In this document: positions 24,401-36,500 of the stretch, piece after piece
How positions within the stretch are numbered: the first letter of the stretch is position 1
Layout: every line of letters starts with the position of its first letter
Source of the DNA: Paragordius varius
Lineage: Eukaryota; Animalia; Nematomorpha
NCBI GenBank assembly: GCA_964247055.1
Contig: OZ176055.1
Coordinates: 496,001-560,000, forward strand
Length of the DNA stretch: 64,000 nucleotides
Direction: 5' to 3'
Notes under the pieces: model-generated
Database searches by the model: none
Told to the model about the DNA's origin: nothing
Seen by the model: the letters and a program-made list of their open reading frames with translations, nothing else
Translations under genes and position numbers: made by a program

Positions 24401-27400
24401 AATGGGAAATATTTGGTAAAGATAGAAAAAACAAGGGCTCTATGGCAATTCTTACACTTTCTTGATGAATATGATATTGTTAATACCATAGAGCTCTTGT
24501 TTTTTTTTCCATTCTTTAACAAATATTTACACCCATTTAACGAAAAAAAATAATTTTTTAATAAAATAAAAGAATAAAAATATAAAAACATATTTTTTTC
24601 TTATTATTTATAACTCATTATTTATCGTTGAAAAGGAAATAAACATACATGTATATTGGTAACACACAATCATTTATTATTTCAAAATTGTAATTAAGTA
24701 GAGTAAAAATTGAAATTATACGGACAAAACGTAAAAATAAAACATTTTTTTTTTCAATAGACAACCATACTTTTTTAATTTATTTAACCTATAAAATCAT
24801 TCATCGTAAAATACATAATGTGTTACCAATATACATCTCTATTAACTTTGCAATTTAAAACAATGAGTTATATTTATAAAAATAAGATCCAAAATGTATG
24901 CATGTCTTTTGCAAAAAATCTTTGTTCTTATATTTTTATATGTTTTGTTCGTATAATTCCAGTTTTTACCGTATTTTTCCTACCTCAACTCTTAAAAGGA
25001 TGAGGGTTGCCTAAAAATATATTAGAATTTTTATGTTGTTTTACAATTTAGCATCTGAAGGTGAAATTCCCGAATTCGAAGACACTATCCCTGACATTGA
25101 TTGTAATATTTTTTAAAAAAAAATTTTAAATAAATTTTATAAAATATATTTTATTTTCCAATATGGTTAATTACAGTTGATTCACTGGATGAGAGTACTG
25201 ATACTGGAGGTAAACGAATTTACACAAAACAATATGTAGTTATTTAACCTCAAGTTGGTTCTTATAAACACCTCAAGTTCTTCCTTGAACATTTCAAGTT
25301 GGTCTTTGAACATTTCAGGTTGGTCCTTGAACATTTCAAGTTTGTCCTTACTTCAAAGAGTATACCCATAATATATTAAATGGTATCTTTATCGATTTTT
25401 AATTTAATTATACTTAAATTTTATATGTTTCTTACAAAAAATATATATTTTACTTGTTGGGTATTTTTTTTATTTATTAAACAGTACTATTTTAACAATC
25501 AGATCAACTTGAAATGATTAAGGAACACACTTTAAAGACCAACTTGAAGTGCAAATGCTTATTATCCAATTTAATTCCTTTTTCGGGGGGTTTAGTATCC
25601 GATTATAGCATAGAATATGACACTCCTACAAATGAAGGTAAATCGATATACTCTAAAAATTAAATATAAAAAGAAATATTTTTTAAAAAATAGAAACCAT
25701 CCCCATAACTATTTTAACCTTGATTATTTTAGTTCAACTTATGATTTTGGGTTTGCAAAATTCAATAAAAAATGAATTTTTACGGACAAAACGTAAAAAT
25801 ATAACTACAAATATTTCAAACGACAACCATACTTTTCAAACCTTAATTTATCCTATAATCATTTATAACATCGTAAATTATGTAATTGATATTGTTACCA
25901 ATCTCTATTCTATACTTTGGAGTTTAAAATAATGAGTTATATTAAAAAACAATATTTAGAGAGTATGGTCGTCTTTTAGAAAACAATATTTGTTTCATTT
26001 TGCGTTTTGTCCGTATAATTTCAATTTTTACTGTAGTAAATAGAGATTTACATTGTTAACACAACTCAATACTATAGTTCAAAATTGTAATGTGTTAGTT
26101 TATATGCATAGAAAATGAAAATTAAAAAAGTATAGTGTCTCTTTTTCAAAAAAAATATTTATCTTTTATTTTTTACATTCTGTCTGTAGAATTTCTATTT
26201 TTACCGTATCATACATATTTCGTAACATTTTCCAACATTTACCTCATTATAACACAAAAATACTATTAGGTCACTCTAATGCAGAAGGACCTCTTAGACA
26301 AGGCGGAATACCCAATGTAATTGATGAAATTTTCAGACCGCCTAGACCCTTTTTAAATCCACCACCAGTTCCAGCTCCACTCCCTGGTTTGTAAGAATTA
26401 TATTTGTAAAGAAGTAGAATACTAATGATATGATTGATTTTATCAATCCTATAATTTATAATCTAGTTTTTATTAACCTATACGATTAAAGTAATAGCTG
26501 GCTTACAATATCACTATTTTATTTATCAAATCTAACCAATGGTTCAAAAATAAGAAACATGGTTTTCTTTTATAGTAAATTAAAGTGTTTCGCTTTTATA
26601 ATTTTATTATACATTTTTCTCTATATAATTTATTGTACAATATAAATTGAAATTATACGGACAAAACGTAAAAAGGACATTTTTTTTCAAAAGATCATAC
26701 TTTTTTAAACTTCAATTTACCCTATAAAAAGCATTTAATTTCAATCATAAAATACATAATTAATGGTGTTACCAATATACATTTCTATTATATACTTTGC
26801 AATTTAAACAATGAGTTATATTTGAAAAAAATCAAGATTTTACAAGTATGGTTGTAATTTGAAAAAGAATATTTGTCTTTATATTTTAACATTTTGTCCG
26901 TTTTAATTTCAATTTTTACTGTATAACTCTATCTATACTACTAAAACCTCTAGTTATCCCAGTTAATCCTATTGCAGAAGTAAACATTCCAGGAAATTTA
27001 CCGCAAAATATTCCTGAACCACCCCCGATTGAACCTAATGCAGACTTGGTAGAACCAGGACAGGCACCCTCAGAATCTGGCTCTGGTTTATTTTACATCC
27101 CAAATTATTTTATATAATATATTTTCAACATTTTATTACTCTAGAACGAAAGTTATATATATATATATATATATCATTTATAAAACAAATTCATGATTGA
27201 ACAAAAATTCAAATTCACCCTAAATTAAATTATATGTTTTTTAAATTTAAAAATTACCTATGTTTTTTATTTTTGAAAAATTAAATTTTCTAAATAATAC
27301 TTAAAAGATATAAACTGTGTTATAAGAATATAAATCATATTAATGATGAGTTATATTACCCCAAAAACTCATAATTTATTTTTAGGGTGAATAATTGTTC

Positions 27401-30400
27401 AAGGGTAATTTTGAATTGTTCGAGGGTGAACTTGAATTATTCAAGGGTTAATTTGAATTGTTCGAGAGTTAACTTGAATTGTTCAATGGTGAATTTGAAT
27501 TGTAAATGGTGTATAATATATAAATTTTTTTGCCTATATTAGATATTACTCTCGACAGTGTGCCCGAAGAATGGATGGATGTCAACCAAATTGAAAATCC
27601 AAACGGTTTGAAAGATATTATTAATTTTTTTGTTAATATTTATTATACCAATAAATATATATATATATATATATAGATGTTCCAGAAAATTTGAACAGTT
27701 TATTGGTTAGAAGAGGTGGTTACAATTTTATTTAACGGATTATATTATCATATTTAAAGGAATCAACACAATTAGAAACAGTAAGAAAAATAACAAAATT
27801 AACACTTTTTTATTTTATATTTATTGTTTTCTTGAATCTATTTACAGGGGCCACCAGAATGAATAGATGTAAGAATTGGAAAAATTTTAAATGTGTTTTT
27901 TGTTAAAAACTACATTCTTAATATTTTTTAGTATCGGGCGCTCTAGCTATAGGTATTTTTCCCGCAAATATACAGTATAAATTGAAATTCTACGGACAAA
28001 ACGTAAATATATAGAGACAAATACTTTTTTCTAAAAGACAACCATATTTTTTAAATTTTTATTTTTAATATTACTGATTGTTTTAAACAGCAAACTATGA
28101 AATTGATATGTAAATTGGTACACATCAATTTTTTATTTTACAATTGTACTATTGTAATTTATATGAGAAACATTTCGGTTTAAAAAGTGTGGCTGCCTTT
28201 TGGAAAAAATATTTGTCTTTATATTTTTAAGTTTTGCCCGTATAATTTCAATTTTCGCTGTACAAATATGACAGAATGCACATAAAAATATGATGATATA
28301 TTTTCTGATATAGATAGATTAGGATTCTCATGGTCTTTTACTTTTTGAGCCTTAAATATTGTTTAAAAAATATATTTCCATTACTTTGGAATTGGTGTAC
28401 ATATTAAAAAGTCGTAAAAATTTCCCACATAACATTATGTTAAACAAAGTTTTAATGAAAGCTAAATGCTTCATTTCAATAAGTATCCTTAATAATCCTT
28501 ATCTTTTCGCTTTTCCCATGACATATTGGTAGTTTTATATCTTATAGCTGAATCTTGTAAACTACTGTTTTAAAAACTTATTCTATTAATTTATATAATT
28601 ATCAAACATTGTTCTATTGTATTAGATAAAAAAGTTTATGTATTTTTTACATTTACTAACTTCAAGAGTCTCAAACTGGGATAGCTACAAAACACGATTG
28701 AAATGAACAGCTATTATTAAAATCAAAATGTATCAAGTTATTTCTGGTAAAATGTAGCCCGAAGCTTTTTATTAATTATTTATCCAACCATAATATACAT
28801 TTATTCGCCTGTTGCATTACTATTTAAAAAGTATAGAAAAAATATGGCGGCAAATTTTTTAAAAATTTTACATTTTTTAGTAAAGTTTTTTTTTGTATAA
28901 TATCAAGAAAGCATAATTTTATATTCGGCTCGTTAAAATACTTTTGACGATATTCAATTTTAAATAGTTATGGGATATAAAACTACCCCAAAATGTAATG
29001 GAATGTTATAATACTTTGCTTCATATATATTTTATAAGGGCATCTAGTTTTAGCCAAAAACATATTTAACATAATTAATGATCGGTAATTTTACGATTTT
29101 TCGATATGGAGCAAATAAATTAAAAGTATCTTTTTCTAAAAACTCATAAGATACTAAAGCTTAACCAAACGTACCAGGAGAATCTCATATATCTACCTAT
29201 CATAGAATATATTATTTCAAAAAAATATTTTTTATAATCCCAATTTTGTGCACTGTATATTTTTTTAACATAAAATATATTTTTGTTAAATCCACGCAGC
29301 CGTAAACAGATTAAGAAGAGGTAACGCATGATAATATTTGTTTTAAAATTTTTTCAAAAAAATTAGAAATGTATAAAATAAAATTTTATTAGCCGTAATG
29401 ATTGGAGGTATGTATTTATGAAAAATAATATATATCAAGATTTATTTTAACGATTATCGCAATTATGTATCATTTTTTCTCATACAGGTGCTAGATCTAT
29501 GCTTCAAAGTAAAAATACCAATTTTTAATTGTTTTGTTGTAAAGTAAAATTTAAAATATTCTAATAAGACTAAGGGCCATGTGAATGAGCTTATTATCTG
29601 AATCATATAAATGATGGATTATGAGAAAATATATGGGGATGTGATTGAGTTTTTAAGGCGGGAATTTCGAATTTTTTTTATTAATATGCTGAAAAACAGT
29701 TTTACTGGCGATTTATATGTGGGTCTTATTAAAAAGTTTTGTTTAATGTAGATATTCTTGCATTTTATGAACGTAAATAAATTTAGCAATGACGATAAGC
29801 TTAAGGCCTGCAAGATTTTAGCCAAAGAAATAACCCAGGGGCGCGCTTGGAGAATTAAATAAAAATAAAACTATAGGGTGCGAATTATCAAGATTTCATC
29901 GATATGGAAAAATATTTTAAAAATACAGATATAAGGATCTCATTGATTGAGATTATAATATTTTAGTATTCTATATTTTTATCTTGAATTTTTTTTTAAA
30001 GAGGGCGCAAGAACCCATATTTTGAATTTGGTGGGGCGTGAGCAAAAAAAGGTTAGGAACCACTGATTTAAAGTCTCACCTTTTCCCAATTGCTATTTAT
30101 ATTATAATTTTATCAATTATATTATTAAGGTTTTATAAATAAAGATCTCCTTTTGGGACTAGTAAATCATATATATTGGCCAATTAGTATTAATTAGCTT
30201 TTGTCCCATTTTGGTTTTGACGTATCTTTCGTTCGGAAATTCTAAAAATTGGGTTGTTTATATTTCTAAACCAAGTATGGCGTAAAATTTGACAACATAT
30301 ATTATGTATGATACATTGAACTATTATTTTAGATATGAGAAATGGTAATTTTTTAAACTATAAATAATATATATAGTGTACTAATGTGAAATAACAAATT

Positions 30401-33242
30401 ATAAAATTATATTTCCTCAGGCGGACTTGAATGTAAGCACCTATTGGCTTATAAAATCTCTTAAAACACTATTTTATAATATATATATTAGTATACGAGA
30501 GAACTATTGAAAGTTAAATTTAAATTTTCTGACGTATACAGTAAAAAATAAAATTATACAGAAAAAACGTAAAAATATAAAGACAAAAATGTTTTTTCAA
30601 AAGATAAACAACAATATTTTTTAAACCTTCTATTAAAATCATTCAATAACAATCGTAAAATATTTAATGTTACCAAAAAACATCTCTATTTTATACTTAA
30701 AAAATGAGTTTTTACAATTAAAATTTTAAAAGTATGGTTGTCTTTTGGAAATATTTGTCTTTACTTTATATTTTACGTTTTGTCCGTATAAATTTTTTTA
30801 CTGTAATATGAATATATTTATTTCTAATGTCGAATAATTTGGCAAATATTAGAATTTGACGAAATTACGGATGATATCGAAACTGAATTAGACAGTATAT
30901 ATATTTTTACTCAATCGATTCCGTTTATTTTTCGATATGATAAACTTTTTATTTACCATTTACACTTCAAATTCACCCTTGAACAATTGGAATTTACCCT
31001 AAAAGTAAGTTATGTGGATTCGGACTAATATAACTAACTCATCATTAATATGAATTAAAACTTATAGTGCATAGTCTATTATTTCGGTATAATGTAAATT
31101 TTAAACAAAATTTCATTTTCAAAAAATATAAATATAAGTTACAAAACATAATTTCAAAAGTGAATAAATTTATTTCAGGAATGGGTGAATTTAAATTGTT
31201 TAAGAATAATTTGAATTGTTTGAGGGTAAATTTGAATTTTTGAAGGTGTATTTGAACTGTAAATGCTATATATATATATATATATATATAATGTATTTAT
31301 CTATTTATGTATAGTTATCGAAGAAAATATTCAAAGTATATTATATATGTATTTTATTAAAACGACCTTTATAAAACCAACAATCCACCAATAATGAGGG
31401 AATTCCGTCAATTTAAATAATCACTCAATAACTCAATTTGACTTATATGGGTCAAATTCCCATAATATAATAAAACTGGTAATTAGATCAATATTATATT
31501 TGTTATCAATCCATCCCATGACAGTACTATCTAGGTGATGACTCGGTGATTTTGCATTAACCCTTTTTAGTTTTTTATTTTTTTCGGAAAAAATTAAAAA
31601 AAATTGAATTATACGGACAAAACGTAATTATACAGATAAGATTGTTTAAAAATATGACAATTATACTTTTTAAGACCTTATTTTTTCTCATATAAATTAT
31701 TAAGAACATATGTAAATGATTATCCAATATATATCTCAATTTTTGACTTTGGATTAAAACAGTGAGTTATATTTAAAAAAATCAAGTTTGAAGGTATGAT
31801 TGTCATTTAGAAAAAATTATCAGTCTTTATATTTTTTAAGTTATATCCGTATAATTTTAATTTTTAGTGTAAGTGTGCATAGAATATAATTTAAAGACAT
31901 CCCCATTATTAATATAAACCTTTCTAAAGACAAAGATTCGTTTGAAAGTCTTAACTAAAAAATTATTAGGTATACCAAAACGGCTAATCCGCAAATAACT
32001 AAATGCGTAAGTAAAATGACCTGTGCTTTGCTTTACGATTACTGAAAACAGAATTTTTTATTTTTAAATATTGGACTACTCATTAACATAATCATAAAAA
32101 AGATTATAGTATGTTTCACTAAGGGGTAGCCATGTATTTTTTATAACAAACCATATAATCTAAAAAATATGATAAATTTATTTTTAGGAGCTGATGAAAA
32201 TGGAGTTGGTATGATTAACATTATTGCTAAATAAAATAAAACGATATTATCCAATGAATACCTACTTATATTGGCTTTTTATGAAACGGATATTCTTGCT
32301 TAAGACTTTAATTCAAATTGGGTATCCAAATACCCCAGATTTAACATTATTACTGAAAGAAACAGTCCGGATTTATATGCTTCTATCCTAATAAAAATTA
32401 TAAAATAGCCGTAATATCTAAATATAATTTGGTTGTGAAAAAAAAAATGTTCCATATCAATCCAATTTTAAACAGGCCTGGCGTATCCAACGACATCAAT
32501 TTGAATCGAAAGATTAAAATGAATGTGTCATATACAAGTGTTAAAAGCAAATATTTTTGAACCTAAATTTTTCTTACAATATAATTTTGAATAGGAAATT
32601 CTTTATCTAAAAATTTATTATCAAAATAATACAAATCTTAACTTTTTTTAATATCTTTAGCGGATGATGAGGAAGGGCTTAGAGGTATGCAAATACTTTC
32701 TTAGTAATATTAAAATTTAATAAAATTTAACAAGTTATACAGTAAAAATTGAAATTATACGGACAAAATGTAAAATATTAAAGACCAATGTTTTGGTCTA
32801 AAAGACAACCATACTTTTTAAATCTTTATTTTTTTACCTTTACTGATTGTTTTAAACTTTTAAAGTATAAAATAGAGATTTTAATTGGTTACACAATCAC
32901 TGAAACGATTGTATTTAAATGATTTTTATAGGTTACTTGAGGTTTAAACAAGTATGGTTGTTTTTTGAAAAAAATTTGTCTATATATTTTTACGTTTTGT
33001 CCATATAATTTCAATTTTTACTGTAATTTTATGTACTGTGTGTGATTTTAGATACATTTAGAGAACATATCAGTAATATCTATACATTTTTATAATCATC
33101 ATAATTTTTTGACTTGCCCCTATATTTGTGTCATTAGGAGAACCATCAGGTAAAATTTAAAAATTTAACCATTTATTCTACTATTGAATTTGTCAGGAGC
33201 CCATGAAAGTTCATTTTTTTATATATTTTAATTTTAGGCTAA
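13846..33242 (+). CDS. Unknown probable type I single-pass membrane protein (~733 aa if all exons are used), ~36 exons, all internal exons phase 1-1, microexon-encoded C-terminal tail
   Basis: Exons: 13846-14080, 14499-14696, 14759-14812, 15770-15814, 16536-16604, 16998-17057, 17126-17236, 17575-17730, 20246-20317, 21443-21547, 21947-21973, 22614-22781, 23423-23485, 24222-24296, 25052-25102, 25177-25209, 25596-25637, 26270-26386, 26954-27085, 27543-27605, 27677-27715, 27760-27780, 27848-27868, 27932-27952, 29488-29508, 30333-30344, 30421-30432, 30492-30512, 30853-30894, 31315-31335, 32188-32208, 32661-32684, 33052-33072, 33138-33149, 33197-33208, 33238-33242. Each internal exon has AG/GT ends, a length divisible by 3 and an open frame. 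Signal-peptide-like start; TM-like LTVLIVLLGIGLGTYVSFGAIM; Pro/acidic tail. Continuity across 17.7-21.4 kb and the last exon are the least certain parts. Confidence 0.68.
15449..15510. repeat. (TA)n microsatellite; others near 17425-17460, 21410-21440 [(TA)n(GT)n], 31267-31290, 53430-53452, 56395-56437
   Basis: Directly visible dinucleotide runs. Confidence 0.9.
15516..15738. mobile_element. MITE family B (TIR CCATTTACAATTCAAATTCACC); other copies ~23560-23775, ~27200-27510, 30956-31265
   Basis: Inverted ends CATTTACAATTCAAATTCAC / GTGAATTTGAATTGTAAATG. Some copies carry 21-bp subterminal repeat arrays. Confidence 0.7.
16710..16750 (+). other. Candidate alternative terminal exon (VISKAKREITAAF*) giving a short secreted isoform
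   Basis: Strong acceptor TTCTTTGCAG at 16700-16709, in frame (phase 1) with exon 16536-16604, ending in TAA at 16748-16750. Confidence 0.4.
18490..19437 (-). mobile_element. 5'-truncated, 5'-inverted RTE-clade LINE (RT core on plus ~18905-19437; C-terminal segment on minus ~18905-18505), intronic
   Basis: Plus strand: GVRQGCVLSPLLFNLY, YARD (YADD), GLKLNPAKSKIM, KYLG, MGKLSKIW...TKLAILKAIIYPVA. Minus strand: CSWICKSIDKARINSFQMWCFRKILRISW...RRRGRTKKRW...QDRQKWR. Confidence 0.85.
19594..19878. mobile_element. MITE family A, representative intact copy
   Basis: TA|CAGTAAAAATTGAAATTATACGGAC ... GTCCTTATAATTTCATTTTTTACTG|TA. Confidence 0.9.
24357..24560. mobile_element. Internally deleted derivative of the 62823-63850 foldback element, nested in a family A MITE
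   Basis: CAGTCATGTA...AAAACAAGGGCTCTATGG / CCATAGAGCTCTTGTTTTTT arms interrupt a CAGTAAAAATTG...ATACGGACAA end that starts at 24324. Confidence 0.6.
27400..27504. repeat. Five 21-bp tandem repeats (CAAGGGTGAATTTGAATTGTT consensus) inside MITE family B
   Basis: Head-to-tail units at 27400, 27421, 27442, 27463 and 27484. Units alternate between CAA- and CGA- starts. Confidence 0.85.
29600..30065 (-). mobile_element. Internally deleted hAT (Charlie-like) transposon remnant
   Basis: Minus-strand terminus CAGTGGTTCCTAACCTTTTT at 30065. The decayed frame LIRPTYKSPVKLFFSILIKKIRNSRL resembles the hAT C-terminal dimerisation motif. Confidence 0.45.
32740..33023. mobile_element. MITE family A, representative intact copy
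   Basis: TA|CAGTAAAAATTGAAATTATACGGAC ... GTCCATATAATTTCAATTTTTACTG|TA. Confidence 0.9.
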
Positions 33243-33544
33243 TTTGCTTGAATTCATATTTTTACTGTTATATATTTGTGTTAAAATAAATGATTTAACA
33301 ATACATCACTTTTTTTATGAGATATAGAGCTAAATATTTTTTCCTTACTTTTTATCCTGATCATGTATGTTATATCAAAAACCGGTAATTAAAAGTTAAT
33401 ATTATATATCATCACATAAACGTGTATTTATTGGAATTGAAATGTGACTTTCAGTGTCATAGGAAAATTTTATTGTTTCAAATATCATAAAATCAGATAT
33501 GGATTAGCGGGTAAAAATTTAAGCGTTTTACAAAAATTTTTTAG

Positions 33545-36500
33545 CTATAAGCATCTTATAATACGTTTTTCAAGCACAATAAGTGATGGGCTATACTCAT
33601 CTTCGTGTAAAATTATGCCTGGAGCTGATCCTAAATATTGAGCTTGGGGAAATATCGGTACACATTGAACTAAAATTGGTAGAGTTTTATTCATTGAAAT
33701 TGTTTTTGAAATTACTTTGGATGAAGTATTTGAGGCAGCATTCTCAGTTATATTACGTGGTATGTACACTTGAATCTCCAAGAATTCCAATGTAATTGCA
33801 ACATGAAACTAAACGAAACGCAAAAATATAAATATACTAATTTTAGAGTAAAAATAGAAATTTTACGGACAAAACGTAAAAACATAAAGACAAATGTTTT
33901 TAAAGACAACCATACTTGTTCGAACTCAAAAATTATTTGAAATTGCAAAATATGAAGTAGAGATATATAATGGCAAAACTAATCAATTATATATAATACT
34001 AAAATTAAGATTTGGAAAAGTATGGTTGTTTTTTGAAAAAATTCCGTATAATTTCATTTACTATACACACTCTACCTATTTATGTAATTTACAGTATGCA
34101 TTTTAATGGTTGCTTATTTCACACTCCAGTTGGGCAATTCGAAAAATACTAATAAATGGAAAAAAACATCAAAATGTTGAAAAAACAATTTTACCTTGCT
34201 TATATTACTGTGTTTATTTATTTAATATTTTCTTGTTTTTTTTCATACACTACTGTGTTGCAAATTGCCAATTTATAGTTTGCAATAAGCAACTATTAAC
34301 ATGCATACTGTATGATTTAATACAATTTATAGGATGTTTCAATCCTTTTATCAAAATTAATCTCCAAAATTATAAAGAACATTGAAAGATTATTATATGT
34401 TAAAACTGTTTTTATATACTTCGGTTAGGACACAGATTAAAATGTATGGTAACGCTAAAATTCATGTAAACGATATTTTTTGAAATGATTCTTTTAATAT
34501 AATAATAACAAATAATTAAATAAAAAGTGAAAAGATTAAATCATTTAGGTTTCTTAAATGAGTAAAAATAAAGTATCTATCATACTGTATTGTTATTTTA
34601 TTATGCAAACATAACGTAAAACACATCGACAAATATTTTTATTCTACAAAAGCCACACTTTCAACCAATTTTTCTATGAAAAATTACAACTGTAATGTAA
34701 AAGTGATTGATTGTGCAACCACTTTACAGCTCTATTTGCTTTGCAAACAAGAATTCGAAAGGAAGCTGTCTTTTGATAGTAAAAATGTTTGCCTTTAGGT
34801 TGTAACGTTTTGACTGTATGATTTCGAATTTCAGTGTAGTTGATAAAACAAATGTAAGAGAGATAGCATAGAGAATTATTATATATCGCTCTCATTGAGT
34901 TCGCTTCCAGGCGAGAATTTTCATACGCTAGAGCCAAATTTAGAACCATATTTAATCCCACTGGTGTGTCAGTCGGGGTACCTGTTAAGTAGTTCGGTCT
35001 CTAGTTTTTTTTTCCTTCAACCCACATATAAATACGTCCCGTATGAGCTCATCAATGTTCCCTTCAACTCATATGCGGCGGCTAAATTTTTGAGTCTTAT
35101 TCAAAATTCTAAGAATCCTTCACCCACTAGTCGTTCCGCTCTAAAAAAATCGAATCGGGCTAAAAAGGTATTTTTGGTTGGTTGAAATATTTTCACCCCA
35201 GCTTCATAAATCTCCTCCCAAGAGATGTTTTCAATGTTAAGCGGGTAAAAGAATTGCTCCATTTTAGAAATGTTATCAATACCGGATTGGGCAAGAAAGA
35301 TGGCTTTAATATTTTCATTATTATCCTGTATTCCTTTAATCACTAAATTTCTTCGTAAATATTTAATATATTCCGTAAAATTATTATTGATTTTTATAAC
35401 TTTCAATACTTATTTTTTCCATAATAATGAATATGGACAAATAAATAACCGCGCCAATGTAAAATATGCAACCGAGTAAACATAAGTTGCTGGGAATCAA
35501 TTTTTCGTCCATACATGTGTTTTCAAGGCTGGTAGATGGTACATAATCTATATTCCAATGGCCATATAAGGCTAAATTAATGATTGTTGTTGATTGAATC
35601 AGAGATTTGGGAATTATATTATCAGCTGTTGTTTTATCAAAGTCCGTTTTTATTGGTTCTGTCGGCAAACTCGTTGCCCTAGTAACCGGAGCTGCAGACG
35701 AAAAGGATAAAATGGCGTCCACATTTGGGGTGGGAAAGTAGAATTCAAATATTTTGGATGATATTTAAGTGTATCCGCCACAAGAGTAGATAACAATAGA
35801 ATCAGTAATCCAATCTGGTGTTATCAATGTCAAATTTAGGGTGGTTAAAAATTGGGAAAACTTATTTTTCGTGCCTTCGGTTAAGGTTTTAATCCAATTA
35901 TCAATTTTCAAAATTAGAATCTGTAATAACGCAAAAATCTTTCTCCTTGATTTTTTCAATGTTAGTGAAATTTTCTATTTCAGGATTTAAGAACACTTTA
36001 AAATTGATATGACCATCATTAGTTGTTATTAATGTCCAAAGAACATCGATATCTGACATATCATATTGAGAAGATTTTTCAAGATCCACAATAAATATTT
36101 TATCTGTAAACAATTTGCGTTTGGGATAAAATAATTCTTGCGGTAAAAGTTGGTCACAAGTTACTGATAACCTAACCCAATCGGAAGTTACACAACTTGT
36201 TTCATGAATATCTCTTTCTTCGATTTCGGGTGGGTCTTCCACATTAATTCCAGGAGTTTCTGCAATAACCAAACTAACTTGACCCGTTAAATAGCTGTAT
36301 TTTTTAACACCTCTAGACACTAATAAATCATCGATTATGTTTTCATCTTTAAGGTTTTTCCAACCACATAATATTTTATATTTTAAAAAAGTTGGTCCAT
36401 CCAGTTATATTTTGCATGCTGATTAGCCCTTTATCGCGTTCGTCAATTCAGCGCGTTGCTGCCCGAATAATTTGATAAGAGGTTTATGGTCTGTTCTAAT

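Noticed and set aside
27400-27504. Regular short repeats resembling a CRISPR array
   Set aside because: Head-to-tail units with no unique spacers, inside a MITE in a eukaryotic intron; no cas genes.
31525-32006. Candidate exons 31535-31545 (11 nt) and 31970-32006 (37 nt, strong GTAAGT donor)
   Set aside because: Neither alone nor combined do they keep the frame without a stop, so they are excluded from the model, though they could be poison exons.
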